NCBI GenBank assembly: GCA_964016885.1 | Contig: OZ024742.1 | Location: forward strand, 83,514,001-83,578,000 | Length of the DNA stretch: 64,000 nucleotides | From: Eledone cirrhosa | Taxonomy: Eukaryota | Reading direction: 5' to 3' | Shown here: positions 14,692-30,869 of the stretch, in pieces | How the letters are laid out: each line of letters begins with the position of its first letter | Numbering within the stretch: the first letter of the stretch is position 1 | Notes under the pieces: generated by a model | What the model was told of the DNA's origin: nothing | What the model saw: only the letters and a program-made list of their open reading frames with translations | Databases searched by the model: none | Program-made: the position numbers and the translations under genes

Positions 14692-15434
14692 GTTGGTTCT
14701 GAAAAGTTAAAAGAAGAGAAGAAAACACTCACCTCTTCGTCACCCGGGGACCAGGCCGTACGATTTCCATTGGGGTGTTAGAGGGGTTGTCTGTGGGTGG
14801 TGGTTTTTGCGGTGGGGTGGGGACGGAGATGTTTGGTGGGAGGGGGTATCTGATGGGGCGGGGTGTCTGGAGTGAGGGTGGGGAAACTTTTTAAAAGGAC
14901 GCGGTTAATGGGTTTTAACACAAGGATTACCCACGTCCTTAGGAAAGTTTTCCTTTAAAGACTTATAGGTGTCCGTAGGGACCCTAATCATCTTTAAATT
15001 AGGTTTGTCTACACAGTTCGAAAAAGTTTTCCCTTCGGTTTTCACCGAAGGGTCGTTGGAGATGACCTCCATTAAAGATTTTTTTTACTGTTTATGTATG
15101 TGTAATGTTCTTGTGTTGCAGTGGTTTTTGTCTGTTGTTCTTGTGGGAGCTTTCGTTTTGTTGTAGGTGTTTGTGTTTTGAGTGATGTCGTGGTTTTGTT
15201 TTCGGGGCGGGGGATTTTTGTTTGTAATGTTTGTGTTGTTTGTGTTGGTGGTTGTATGTTTGTAGTGATGTTTATTGTTTTTTTTGTTCTTGTGGTGTCT
15301 TTTTTTCTTTCTTTTCGAACGGTGAGGCTCTCCCTCATCGTCACTTGGTGATGATGAGGGGGCCTCGTCCGTTGTGGTGTCTGTGTTATTTAGAAGGGGT
15401 ATGTTTTGGGGAGCTGTTGTGTTTGTGGGTGTTT

Positions 15435-16421
15435 TTAGGTGGAGTGGGGTTGGGTGGGACTGTGCTTGCAGGTTGGTTTGGTGTTTTTGTTTTGGTTATG
15501 TTTGCGTGTTGTTGTTGTTGTGGTGGTGGTGGTGGTGGTGGTGAACTGAGGACTGTAAGCCTTCAGGTGACCACTGCTTATACAGTGGTAACATGAAGGC
15601 CGCCTACCCTCAACAGAAATGTTTATGTGTGAAATTCCATCCAGAGGCACATGTAGGGGTATTTTAGCTATCCGTTCTGGCCTCATTTGGACCAGAACTT
15701 CCATGCTTGTACCATTGAATGCGCCTCTGGAGGACTTTCCCACCGAAATGATGGTGCCTTCATCGAAATCGATGAAGCCAGTTAAAATCCACCAGACGTT
15801 TACATTTGGTGCAATGTTCGAATTTTTTATCTTTTGTGTCCTTTTTCCCATATATGTGGGGGGAAAGGTGTAATGGGGGGACACAATCGGCGATACAGAA
15901 TATTTTTGTGCTGTCAATTGGTCTTTCAACAACACTGAAATGCTTCCAAAATGTTTTCCTTTTGGGATGAAGGCAATATCCTTCATGGAATTCTTCAGAA
16001 CCAGTTCAATGTCGTTTTGGGATAATTGAACTGCTTTTTTCGACACATTTGAAACCGTCCTAAAAATTACTGTTTTTAGAACAGTTTCTCTGCGTAACTG
16101 TTGAGGAGAAGTGATGCTGAAAACACCACTCTCACCAAAAGTTACATACTGTTTTGCTTCGCTTAACATTTCCCTAGCATTGGAAATGTCTAGGTATGTG
16201 AGCAGTTCCGTCTTTTGGACGGTTTGAGCAAAGGAAATATTGTCCTTGTTCGTGGAGTTGTTCGTGTTGCTGTTGTTGTTGGTGGTGTTGTTGTTATCAT
16301 TGTTGCTGCTGTTGTTCTTGTTGTCATTATTGTTGTTGTTGTTGTTCTGGTTGGTGTTGTTTATATTTTGCATGTTATTGGTGTTTGTGTTAGTGTTGAT
16401 GTTACAATCAACGTCCGACAT
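15435..16421 (-). CDS. LINE ORF1 (gag-like nucleic-acid-binding protein), disrupted at its C-terminus
   Basis: Homologous to ORF 19715-20509 (SFAQTV/SFAETV, FRTVSN, YMGKRTQK); CYHCISSGHL knuckle. Confidence 0.75.
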   Translation of the reverse strand: MSDVDCNINTNTNTNNMQNINNTNQNNNNNNNDNKNNSSNNDNNNTTNNNSNTNNSTNKDNISFAQTVQKTELLTYLDISNAREMLSEAKQYVTFGESGVFSITSPQQLRRETVLKTVIFRTVSNVSKKAVQLSQNDIELVLKNSMKDIAFIPKGKHFGSISVLLKDQLTAQKYSVSPIVSPHYTFPPTYMGKRTQKIKNSNIAPNVNVWWILTGFIDFDEGTIISVGKSSRGAFNGTSMEVLVQMRPERIAKIPLHVPLDGISHINISVEGRRPSCYHCISSGHLKAYSPQFTTTTTTTTTTTTRKHNQNKNTKPTCKHSPTQPHST

Positions 16422-16785
16422 CGTGTTTTCAAAACTGACGACATTTCGATATCTTTCAATAAGGTGGTGAAAGGAGGTGACTGCGAGCTTAACACTCTTA
16501 ACGCCTCTCCACCACTTCTAGTACTGAACGCAGCGTCCATGACTGAATGCAAGATTTGTTTCCAATTTTTTCTTTTTTTCACCGACGAAATTTTTTCAAA
16601 CGAAAATTTCACCCCAGGGAGCGGTGAAGATGATTTGACCCACCGTCTGAAAGTCCAGACGTGGGGTCAAGCTATAAAATAGTATCAAATTTAACAATAA
16701 ATGTTTGATTTCTTACTTAGAAAATCAGCAAAAACTTACCAGTGAACTGGCATACGTCTCAAGTAAAACAGATAGATAGATAGAT

Positions 16786-19700
16786 ATATTTCTTTATTTG
16801 CCACAAGAGCGCACAAGAAAAGGGGACAATACAAAGAATGCCTTAGACTGATCCAAATTGATCAGAGCCCCACCGAAGCCGGGTTTACTACCTACCCTCT
16901 CTACGATGTATCGCATGAGGTGGAGGTTGTCGTGTATGGACCTGGTCGGGATTGCACACGTTTGCGCTTTCCCTACCAGGTTCTCGACGACAAGCGCCAA
17001 CCTCGTCGCACCTTGGCCAAAATCTTTAACTCTGTGTTGAGCAGAGTTGTTAATTTCTGAAGTTGTTAATTTCGTCCCCCTTGTTCTCGTCTTTCCTGAT
17101 CAGCGTTACTACGCCATTGCCTGCAGAACTGGGAATTCTCCCGTTCTGCTGCCAACTGCAGTAGACGGCTTCGAGGACGCCAGAGAACAAGTCCGGCATG
17201 CCTATGTAAAACTTATAGGGTAGACCATCTAGACCGGGTGACTTGCGTTTCCCGCAGCGGCCCAGAGCGTCCCGTATCTCAGTGTCCATGATTGGTCTTT
17301 CACAGAACTCGGCGTCCGTGTTCGAGAGACGCGGCAGTCCCTCGAGGTATGAACTAAAGTCCATTGCCCGGTTCGGCTCACCGTCGTTCTGCTCAAACAG
17401 TTGCGCAAAGTGCTGCTGAAAGGCCGCGCACATTTGCTTGGGGTCAAGTAGCACGCGTCCGTTTTGGTCTTTCAAAGACCGAATCGTGGGCTTGTTGCCA
17501 CATTTTGCCTCCGCCACTCGGGCCCAGCTGAGAGCTTTCGCTCCTTCGTTTCCTAGAGCACGTGTTTTGCTCCTGACTACGCAGCCTTCGTGTTTCTCAT
17601 CGAAGAACTGGTCCAGTGCCGTTCTCGACGCTAGCACTCTAGCCGCGTTGCCACTTCTAAGTGCCCATCTACCTTGGCTACTAGTTCTCTTTCTATTCTG
17701 TTCTTCTCTAAGGCTAAGTCTCTGCTATACCCTATCGATTCTATTCTAATTGCTTTCTTGAGAGAGTACCACCATCTATTGTTGACGATGGCTCCCGTTC
17801 ACTGTTGCTTGTCTAGTCTATTTATCCGTTCACTGTAAGCTTTACGTGCCGGCAACGACACGTTCAGCTTCCAGTATCCGGGTCCCTGTCTATGTGTTCT
17901 ATTAGGGTTGACTAAGCAGACGACTAATTTGTGATCTGAATAGGCAACCATGTGCATTCGTGGACTGCTTAACATCTTCTTGTCCCTTTCTCTAATGAAG
18001 AACCTATCTAAATACGATCTAGATGTCCCGCTGCGGTTTGCCCACGTCCACTGTGGTGCAGTCGGGAAATCGAGTCGATACCTATCGGCCAGTTGGAATT
18101 GGCTGAGTAAAGTTTTGAGGCTGTTGCACCCCGCTCTACTGGAACATGCTTCCACATAGTCCCATCGTGCATCTAGGATACCATTCCAGTCCCCCACTAA
18201 AATTAAGGAGCGAGATGTTCCCAGAAAAGACTCTAGACGCTTAAAGAAGTCTGGCCGTGATTGCGATTGCCCGGTCGGGGCATAAACGGCCACCAGTCTG
18301 AAGGCTCCACCTCCAATACTGTTCACGTCTAGGACTACCAGTCTACCCTCCGGGTCTAAGTGTACTTGCTGTACTTCGACGTCCAGGTTCTTCCGAAACG
18401 TGACAGCCACTCCACCCCCACCTCCTGGCTGACAGAGAGATGCGTAGATCTCAAAGTCGTCGAAGATGGGGGTTAGTTGCTGCCTGTTGTGAATCCTGGA
18501 CTCGGTGATGGCTATCACATCCATACCGTGTGATCTAAGGTCGTTTAAAAGTTGGCCCTGTTTCCAGGTATCCCTAGGCCACGCACATTCACGCTTCCAA
18601 CTCGTAAACTAGCCATGTTGGTGAAGAAGAGTTGGGGGAAAAGGACGAAAGGTGCGCTTACCTTTTCGTTTCCTAGAGATCGGGTTGTTCAATTTCCATT
18701 TGGGTGCTGGATGGGGTGGGAAAACATTTTAACAGGACGCGGTTTATGGGTTTATGGCAGGGGTTGCCCACGTCCTGTGAAAATTTATTTTTTAGGTCAT
18801 TATAGGTTTCCATAGAAACCCTTATAAGTTTAAGGTGTGGAGACGATTCTACCTTGACGAAAGTTTTGCCCTCCGTCTCCACCTTGGGGTTTTGGGAGAT
18901 GATCTCCATCAAAATCTTGTTGTTTGTGTTTATGTTGTGTTGTTTTAGTTTGTTGTTCGTCCGGGAGTTTTCTTTTTATGGTGGGTGCTTGTGTTTGGGG
19001 TGATGTTGGTGTTGGTTTTGCTGATAGGCGATGTTTGACTGTGGTGTTGTTTGTGTTGTTGTTTGTGTCTGTGGTTGTGTGTTGGTGATTGGAATTTTGG
19101 GGGTTTTGTGGTGTCTCTTTTTTGTTTTTTTAGATTTCCGCGGCTCTCCCTCTTCTTCACTTAAAGAAGGAGAAGCAGCTTCATCCGTCGATGAATAATC
19201 ATCGTCAGGTGTGCGGGGTAGGGGTATGTTGTGTGATGGTGGTGTTTCGGTGTGTGTGTTTGTGGTAGTGTTTGATGAAGTGGGATGGGGTGGGGCTGTG
19301 TTCTTCAGGGGTGATGTCTCTGTTTTTTCTGTTGTTGTTGGTTGAGTGTCTGTTTGTTTTGGTGTGGTTGCTCGTTTCGTCTGTCGTTGTAATTGTGGTG
19401 GTGGTGGTTGTTTTGGTGTTGGTGTTGGTAATAGTGTTTTTTTAATGATGTTGTTGTGTGTTTGTGGACAAGAGGCTTTTAGGTGTGCTGTGCTACCACA
19501 GCGAAAGCAATGACATTTTCGTCCTTCTACCGAAATGTTTATTTTGTTGTTATCATCGATGACGACTCTTTCGGGTGTTTTGGAGATTCCCTACGGTTTC
19601 ATTTGCAACGGAATCTCCAAATCAGTACCCGCCCACCTTTGTCGAAGAGATTTTCGTATCGAAAGAATCATATCAGTTTCTGGCTCTACGAAGCCAGCCA

Positions 19701-20711
19701 AGATCCACCAGATGTTATTGTTTGTGGGTATATTTTTTTTGTGTCCTTTTTCCCATGTATATAGGGAAAAGGGTGAATGCTTTTGACACCATTGGTGTCA
19801 CAGAATGTTTTGGGGCGAGTGCCTCGCTTTTAAACAGTACGGAAACACTTCCGTACTGTTTTCCTCGCTGGAGAAAATCGATATTTGCTAGAATTTCCTT
19901 GAAAGTAGCTTCTATATCTGCTTGGCTAACAAATGTCGGCTTTCTTGTGGAATTTGACACAGTCCTAAAGGTGACTGATCTGCGAATTGTGTCTTCCTTT
20001 ATTTCAAGGGGTGAATTAATTCTAAACCCACCTTTTTCTTCGAAAGTTACAAATTTTCTCCCTTGCTGGAGCATATCTCTTACATTGGAGATATCAAGAT
20101 TTATAAAATCTTGTTTTTTGTTCACTGTTTCAGCGAAAGACATTTTCTTTTTTTGTGTGGTGTTGCTGTTGTTGTTGTTGTTATCGTTGTTAGCCTCGGT
20201 GTTGGAAATCTCAGTTCCTTGACGATGTGAAACCTTATGTGTAGATGCATCTGTGGAGTTGTTGATGTCTTTTTCATGTGTATGTATGTTAATAGGTTTA
20301 ATTTCTGTGTTTTCATGTGAGTTAGTGTTATTTTTCTCCGCTTCGACGGTAGAAATTGTACAATTTTTGAGTGGTAACATTTTTTCCTCTTTGTTGACAG
20401 TCGTATCTATGACGACGTCCATAGTAGCAGAAGCAGATATAACGTTAATATCTGCCTCTTTCTCTCTCTTTTCTCTATTTACGTTCTCCAGCGTTCTTGT
20501 GTTGTTCAATTTATTTAGTTTGTAAAATTTGATATTTTAAAATAATTTTAAAAATAAAATGTTCGCCCTACAGGGGCGAAAAATGGGATTACCACCCAGC
20601 TGACAATTCAGCTTGGGGGTTAATCTACAAAATAATAAGTTTTTTCAAACAATTTGTTCTGTTTTTCGTATATAAATTTAGAAAAAATCTTACCGGCGAT
20701 GTTTCACGCGT
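16786..20711 (-). mobile_element. Tx1/L1-clade LINE, copy 2 (diverged subfamily, most of RT deleted)
   Basis: ORF1 19715-20509 plus CFRCGSTAHLKASC knuckle near 19465-19510. APE 17799-18616. RT start 16838-17637. LDQSKAF is joined directly to the 3' UTR at ~16838. AATAAA then (TATC)n. Confidence 0.93.
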
Positions 20712-20724
20712 CAGACAGAAAGAG

Positions 20725-22219
<1,495 letters not shown>

Positions 22220-23371
22220 GTCCAATCGTGGCCCTACTCGTGAATAAGAGGATTTGAACAATACGAGGATTATTGACGAGTTAAGGACAACGAATTCAGG
22301 TGTAATTGAATTTTCATTTGTGCTTTGCGGTTGAAAATATCACAGAGAACGTGGGTTTGATCAAATTACATCGCATATGTGCATGTGTCTTTACCATATC
22401 TTCGGGTAGACCAGCGATCAGAGGTATGTGAATGAAATTAGGTAGACAGAAACTTAGATAGATTAAATCTGGACTTCACATGTCCAGCTTTGTCATCTAT
22501 TTTGCAGTGTCGATTTAGTGGAGAATTATACAGATGGTACAGATGTCTGTATCTCAATCAAGTACATGATCTCGTTCCGATAAATCTATTGAGACAGGGT
22601 GGCCATATAAGCATATGCAATTTATTCATCGCTAAGGCGTATGGGACTACATGGCCACTTTAGTACAAAATAACAAAACATAACAACAACAATAGCAATA
22701 ACAATAACCACTTAAACGCCAACAAGAACAAAAATGTCAACAGCAACCACATCAATGTCTTGTTGAGAATTAGAATCTAACACTATGGATAATCAGATTT
22801 TGCAAATACATATTACATCAACGTACTTTTCATTTATCTTCAATTTTCTAACTCCCCGAAATTTATTGCTTATTTAAATTATCATTTTAAAAATATTTTC
22901 TTTTGCTGTAGCTGCATGTATAACAGATTAAGATTTTGCTATCATTTCTTTTTGAATTATTTAATACAAATAATCAAACTGAAGGCAAAATAAAACCAAA
23001 GAGAAAAACGAAACGTTATATGGCATCAAAACATATTGCACGAATGTCATAGGATTTCTTTAGAAGAAGATATGAAAAGAATGTTCGTTTGACTTATTTA
23101 TTTGCAGTTTGTGTTTTTTGTTGTTTGTGACTTGTTTTGGGGTTATATGACTAAAAGAAATATGTTATATCAATATATGTGATATTGAATTTTAGAGGGA
23201 TCGCGTTTTTTTACGTATCAGTAAAGTTAAACATTTCGTTTGTACAATTCAAGTGGTTATACAAGTGACATATATATAATATAATATAATGTATATTATA
23301 CACATAATATAATATAATGTATACACATGCACAAAACCACAGACATACACACACATGTACATACAAGTATG

Positions 23372-25167
<1,796 letters not shown>

Positions 25168-25750
25168 AAAAGTGAATAGAAACAGCAAAGCAAGCAACTC
25201 TGTAAAATGAAGAAATACAATAGTAGGAAAAGAGGTTTTAAGTTTCGGACACACGTCCCTCATTAGGAGATAAAATGAGAAATAAAAGATGAAATAGAAA
25301 GAAAGAGAGTGAGATGAGGAAGAAACCGCAAAAAGTAAAATTGAGAAAAGGCATGTGTATATTCAGTCATTTTGGGGAGTCTGTGAATATCATATATATT
25401 AGAGAGGTTTAGAAGAGAGATAATCTTTGTAGATTTTGAGTGGATGTAGGTGTGCATGTGTATGTGTGTGAGTGTGTGGGTGTAGGTTGGTTTGTTTGTA
25501 TGTATATGTTTGTATTTGTGTTCGTATATTTTTGTTTGTTATTAAAACACGACTGTGTTTTTGTTTTATTTGTTTAATTCTATAAATCCGAACGATTTAT
25601 GGAGATGTTTTGGAGAGTGTTGTTGCTATTCAATTCTAGGTGAAGCTACTCTGATTTTTGTTTGAATATTACGGATGAAATATAACCTTTTTTCTTCCAT
25701 ATGTACGTTCTCACACAGAGAGAATTTTAACATTGTTTTTAGTTAGTTAA

Positions 25751-25960
25751 TAATACTCGAATGTAAGCCGAGGAATATGTGACCAAAAGACCGATGGTAG
25801 AAGGGGTGGGGGTTGACTTATATTTCTGATCAATATTTTGATGATTTTGACCAACTTCCTATCCTACGTAAATAAATTTTGGAATTTTTCCCATTTCTCA
25901 GACATAAATCAGTAAGGACAGCTTATATTCGTATCAACTTATATTTGAGTATATACTGTA
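25751..25960. mobile_element. Degenerate MITE, Tc1/pogo-like
   Basis: Left atactcgaatgtaagc and right acttatatttgagtatatactgta are imperfect inverted termini. Internal cttatatt repeats. Family assignment is from recall only. Confidence 0.45.
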
Positions 25961-26799
25961 ATTTATTTTGTTATTTTTCTATACTGTAATTTTTCGCTTA
26001 TTAATCAACTATTGCTCTCGAGAATTGTGCTTGAAATAGACGTGCATTTTACTAATGCTTCCTAACATATGTTCCATGTTGTGTGATATAACAATTCTTA
26101 CATCTTTTAAGTGCATGGTAATCCAGCAAGGTGTTCTGAAGTTTACAACTCTCCAGTTTATAATCAGACGTGTACACTACGTTGGCCATTAATAGATCGT
26201 TCGTTTGACTACAGGCTTGTGGTTACTTCTAAGGTTTTCCAATTTTATTGCGTTTGTAATATGTTATGAAATTATGGCTTGTTGCACAGTAGTTTTGGTA
26301 CTATTTTATGTCGTTTGATAATATATTCATCTATTCTGTAGTAAGTATGCATTTTATACACATAACACATTTTACGTAGTTTATTTAATCATAATATTTG
26401 TAGTGTCTCATATTCTACATGTGTTAAATTTGTGTTTGTATAAGTGCAGAACTTCGACAATATGTTTTTAAATATCCCTTGTTGATTAGTGTTTGTTTTA
26501 TGTAAATACGTACATAGATATTCATCGATAGTGAAGTAGAATCTAAATGATCTTCTCAGTAGATAAATCACCTCAGACATGTATCTCAGTGATTATTCAC
26601 TGTCATCATATAAGAACAAACATGCATTTGTTTCTTTATATTAGGTATCTATTATATTCTACCCGATTGTTTGTAACTGGAAATAGTGTAATTGTATTAC
26701 TAGTTATTTCAGTTTCACTTTTTAATTGTTGGTATTTAGTACAGGGGTAGATGAAAAACAGAACAAAACAATGCATTGCAAACAAATTTTAGACTACAC

Positions 26800-28030
26800 A
26801 TATATTTAAATTGATAATGCCCTTCTCAGGACATGGACAGTTCCAATCAGCATTATTTTTTGTATCACTTGCATATATAGCTTTCCAGATATCTGGTCCA
26901 AATATCATTCAGTTCCCTTTTTATCATTCCAAGTATGCCGACTATCACTTGTTTTGTACAGGCCTTAAGTTACCACATTTTCTTAATTTCAATTGTCAGA
27001 TCTTTATAGTTAATGAGCTATCGGGACTCTTCTATTAAGAAGAATGTTTTCTTTTTATTGCCTTTCACAATTATATCAGTTCTATTGGCCGTCATCATTT
27101 TGTCAGTGTTCACAGGAAGGTCTCATCGGATTGTCACATTATTGCTTCTTGTTACTGCATCTTGGTGATAGTTGTACCATTTCCCTCTGTTTTTATACCA
27201 TTAAACCTGCATATTACCCAGTGTAAATATTACCCCACTTTATTATGTCTCGTTTTATATTCTTGGACAGTTAATATGTTGCAGCCTAAAACAAAGCGGT
27301 CAATTGTCTCAACATACTCATCACAGAACCCATGTTTGGGGTCAGATATATTTCTGATCATATTGTCTTGAATGTTTCACGTTAGTCAAAATGAAGCCTT
27401 CACTCTCTGTCTTTAGCCCCGAACTCCGGCCCCCTGACAGGTGAGAGTTTGATTTACATCAGGTTCTTTGCTACGGAGAATATACTGTCCATGCAGTGTT
27501 TTTTGCTCCCATTTAGTTTACAGTCTCTGTTGACCTCCAAGCTTTGCCAACATTGTAATGTTCTTTGCTGCTTTAATTGCAGAATCACCATCGTTTTCAA
27601 AATGAATTACCAATTCTTCCCAAAGTTTCAACTTTCGTCTTCCTCCTTTCATGATCTGATTTTGAGCATTCAGTCATCCGTACTTTCAAGGTATTTTTCG
27701 CGTCCCATGGTCGATAGTTTGCATGAGAGATCAAGCTGGATCATTTTTCTACCTAGGGAGATAGTGTCGATCCACATCTGCTTTTGGGTGATTTAGTTTA
27801 TTACATGATATTGATACGGTAATTAACAACTGGGATTGCAAGTGCATTTGTGGCAGCTATCTTGTTCCTCGAGTTGAGCTCAGTTTTCAAAGCAGCACGT
27901 ACTCTACGGTAGCAATCCTTCCTGATTCTCATTTTCATGCTGGCATGGCGAATACCTTGGTCTTCATTGCTCCCAAGATATTTGTAGGTCTGTTCCTCTT
28001 CAATTCCTTAATTACTCTATTCACAATATT
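26800..28030 (-). mobile_element. Degenerate R4/Dong-like LINE, RT C-terminus to RLE
   Basis: Manual translation gives YKYLG, KDCYRRVRAALKTELNSRNKIAATNALAIPVVNY, ETIDRFVLGC..EYKTRHNKV and NRTDII; many stops. Confidence 0.75.
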
Positions 28031-28474
28031 TGTGATTGTCATTCTGCTGGGATTTATATTTCCATCACTGTGTGACAGTGAAAGATTTGTATTACATACA
28101 GATATGTTGTATTTCAAGAAGTTTGATATTACTGGGAAATTTTCAAAACAACCAACGTTTTCCACGTACATGAATGGGGAACATAATCAAATGCTTTTTT
28201 TTTTTTTTGTCAATTCAAGAAGTACTCAAATTTCTATGCTTGTTATGACAGTTTTCCAGAATCATACGGTTAATGAGAAGTTGGTATTTGCAACAGTAAG
28301 ACCCACAGCAACAACCTTTGTGTTCAATAATGAAAATGCTATTTTCCTCCATAAATCTCTAAGTTGTCTTAATCAAGATTGAGGTGAGAATTGTCTATGA
28401 TGCTGGAAGGCAAACGATAGGGAAATAATATTTTGGAAAATTTGTTTTTGTCGATTTTGACAAGAGATGTATTC

Positions 28475-30555
28475 TTGATTGTCCATCGTAAGCAAGGATG
28501 GCATCTTCTTTATTTTAGTTCCCGTCTGCACGAAAGTGACTGTGGAGGCCGATCCTTGACTTGCAGGTCTGGGGACACTGGAAGCAAGGGTAGAGACCGG
28601 AGTCGCTTGGGGAAGCTGTTGATAGCTTTCTCCTCCTTTTACGGGCCTCAGTGACCTCTGCTCGTCTCTTCTCTTCAAAAGAGTCTTTGGCGCGTCTGGT
28701 AAGGGCTCGCCACTCAGTCCTGTCCTGAGCATGAGACTCAAGTTGTTTTGGCGCGATTCCAGTGTTGTTGATACTGGACTCCACGCAGTCTTTGAACCTC
28801 TTAAGAGGCCTGCCCCGCTTTCGTTTCCCCGAACAGAGTTCCCCATACATCAGTTGCTTCGGAAGCCTGTGATCGTCCATCCGGATTACATGTCCCACCC
28901 ATCGAATTTGGCTCTTCAGTATCATAGCTTCGACACTGGTTGTCACAGCCATGTCAAGAACGTCGATGTTGGAGACCTTGTCCTGCCATTTGATGTACAT
29001 GATTGACCACAGGCTGCACATGTGGAACCGTTCCAGCTGTCTCAGGTGCCTTCTGTACAGGGTCCATGTCTCACATCCGTAAAGGAGGCTGGTGAGAACA
29101 ACGGCCCTGTACACCTTGAGCTTGGTGGACTGCCTGATGTGCTGGTTCAGGACGCGTGTCCTCAGGCGGCCGAGGGCTTGACTGGCCTTGCAGATTCTGG
29201 CGTTTATCTCCTTGTCGAGGCTTCCATCGCTGCTGATGACACTGCCGAGGTACTTGAAGTCGTCCACCGACTTTAGCTGGGTGCCTCCGATAGACAAGGA
29301 AGGAGGGCGGGCGACGAAGGCAGGTTCAGGTTGGAACAGGACCTCAGTCTTGCTAAGGCTAATTGTGAGACCGAAGAGGCAGGAGGCCTCCGTGAACTTG
29401 TTGACGATGAGTTGGAGGTCAGACTCCATGTGGGCCATGAGGGCACAGTTGTCAGCAAAAAGTGCCTCCAGGACGATCACAGGTTTTGGGAGGTCTGGTA
29501 GCTGCTTGCAGAGTGAAGTCCTGATGGTCAGGCCTACCCCGTGGATTCTGTCCTCGTCCTTTGCATTGCCCTTCCAGAAGAAGGTGTAGCCTCATTTCTG
29601 TTCTGCTACTGATCCTTCTTCGGGAAGTCTACTCTCGCTGAGGGCAGCTATGTCGATCAGGTAGCGAGCTAATTCCCTTGCTATGAGGGCTGTTCTTCTC
29701 TCTGGCCTCAAGGAGGTTTCCCTCTCCATGAGGTTGCGCACATTCCATGCGCCAAGAATCAAGTTATTTCTATTATGTTGGTTTCGACCGCTTGCAAGGG
29801 TAAAACCGCCAGCCGCGGTAGACTGGCCGGCTTTGTGTGGGACGAGCATTTGGTTAGGGCTCCTTTCATCGCCCCTCCCCTCGTGCGAGGTTGAGCAGTG
29901 CTCCCCTGAAAAGGGCTGCTCAGTCGCCCCGTGGAACGCCTGTCTCCTCTGTCATCCCAGGGTCATGAGGAGAACGACTTGCGCATCCGGGGCGCCCACG
30001 TGTGGGTTTGAGACTGGCAACTCTCAGAGGTTACTTCCACCTGTTACCTCCGCCTCTCGTCCATCGCCGCAGGGCTTTGGGAGTGCACGCTAAAGAAGAA
30101 ACCTGTGCGGGAAAGGTTTATAGTGGGAGGACCAGTGCACAGTGACGGTCCCACTCACTCGCCCGCAGAAGCCAGAATCCGGTGGTACGGAGGACCTCAC
30201 GAGCAGGGACTTCCTTGGCTGCAGTTGATGGCCACGACGTCTGTAGTGCCTTGCCGTGTCCTAGCGCTCCACACCGCTTGTTGTCGCCGCCTTCGTGATT
30301 GTTGGGACGATGTTATCCTCCTCCACTCACTCCGCCGAGTCCAGTCCTCGCATGCAGGGGCAGGCATCCTCTATCTAACTCACCGGAGGGTTTCAGACCC
30401 GTCCGGCTACCCTCAACCTGGTTCGGCCCGCCAGCCAAGGCGGTTTACCAGGGTGTGGCCGCTGTCGAATGCTACAGCTTTTTGGGGCCACAGGTGAGAG
30501 CTGAGTGTCAGGTGGGACCCAATGCAGGACGAGCTGTCCTGAAAATGGCATAGTT
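28475..30555 (-). mobile_element. RTE-clade LINE with large internal deletion
   Basis: Long 5' UTR. APE start 29592-29849 (GAWNVR, PERRTALIARELARY.IDIAALSE, GYTFFWKG) abuts RT C-half 28515-29480 (LFADN, FKYLGS, LLYGCETW, RWVGHV). Terminal C2H2-like CFQCPQTCKSRIGLHSH. Confidence 0.93.
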
Positions 30556-30636
30556 ATCCCCCCCCCCCCTACAGAGGTACATGCCCCTCCCTGACAACCC
30601 AGGCATATACACGCGTATATACATACACATACATAT

Positions 30637-30845
30637 GTACATGTGTATATACATATTTACACTTTTTTTTTGGAAGGCCGTTGACTCTTATCAGTTCTTT
30701 CGCCCTTTGTCAGGTTTTGTTTTTTGTCCTGCAGGGTGTCCAAAATCACCCTCCTCACCAAGTAAACTTGGCGGGGTTGCCAGTTTAGTCGACGACGACC
30801 CGACCATGTGACAGGTTGTACTGGTTTACATGTTACCAGTAGCAC
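30637..30845 (-). mobile_element. Third copy of the non-coding repeat seen at 4110-4175 and 4755-4930
   Basis: Direct similarity, e.g. ggggttgccagtttagtcg..acgacccgaccatg.gacaggttgtactgg..tacatgttaccagtagcac. Confidence 0.8.
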
Positions 30846-30869
30846 TCAAGAGTTCAAACCAGTCACGAG

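Larger units (their letters stand above)
11052..16770 (-). mobile_element. Near full-length Tx1/L1-clade LINE, copy 1 (frameshifted)
   Basis: ORF1 15435-16421 with zinc knuckle. APE 13612-14691 (NVR, ESR, GDWN, YLDR, SDHK). RT 11895-13538 (KSPDLDG, FRPITLLN, DQSKAFD, QGCPLS, YADD). C-terminal CCHC. (GATA)n at both ends. Confidence 0.95.

Noticed and set aside
26101-26207. Possible - strand host exon (ag|...QTNDLLMANVV...|gtaaga)
   Set aside because: Splice-like ends and one open frame, but no recognisable protein and no linked exons.
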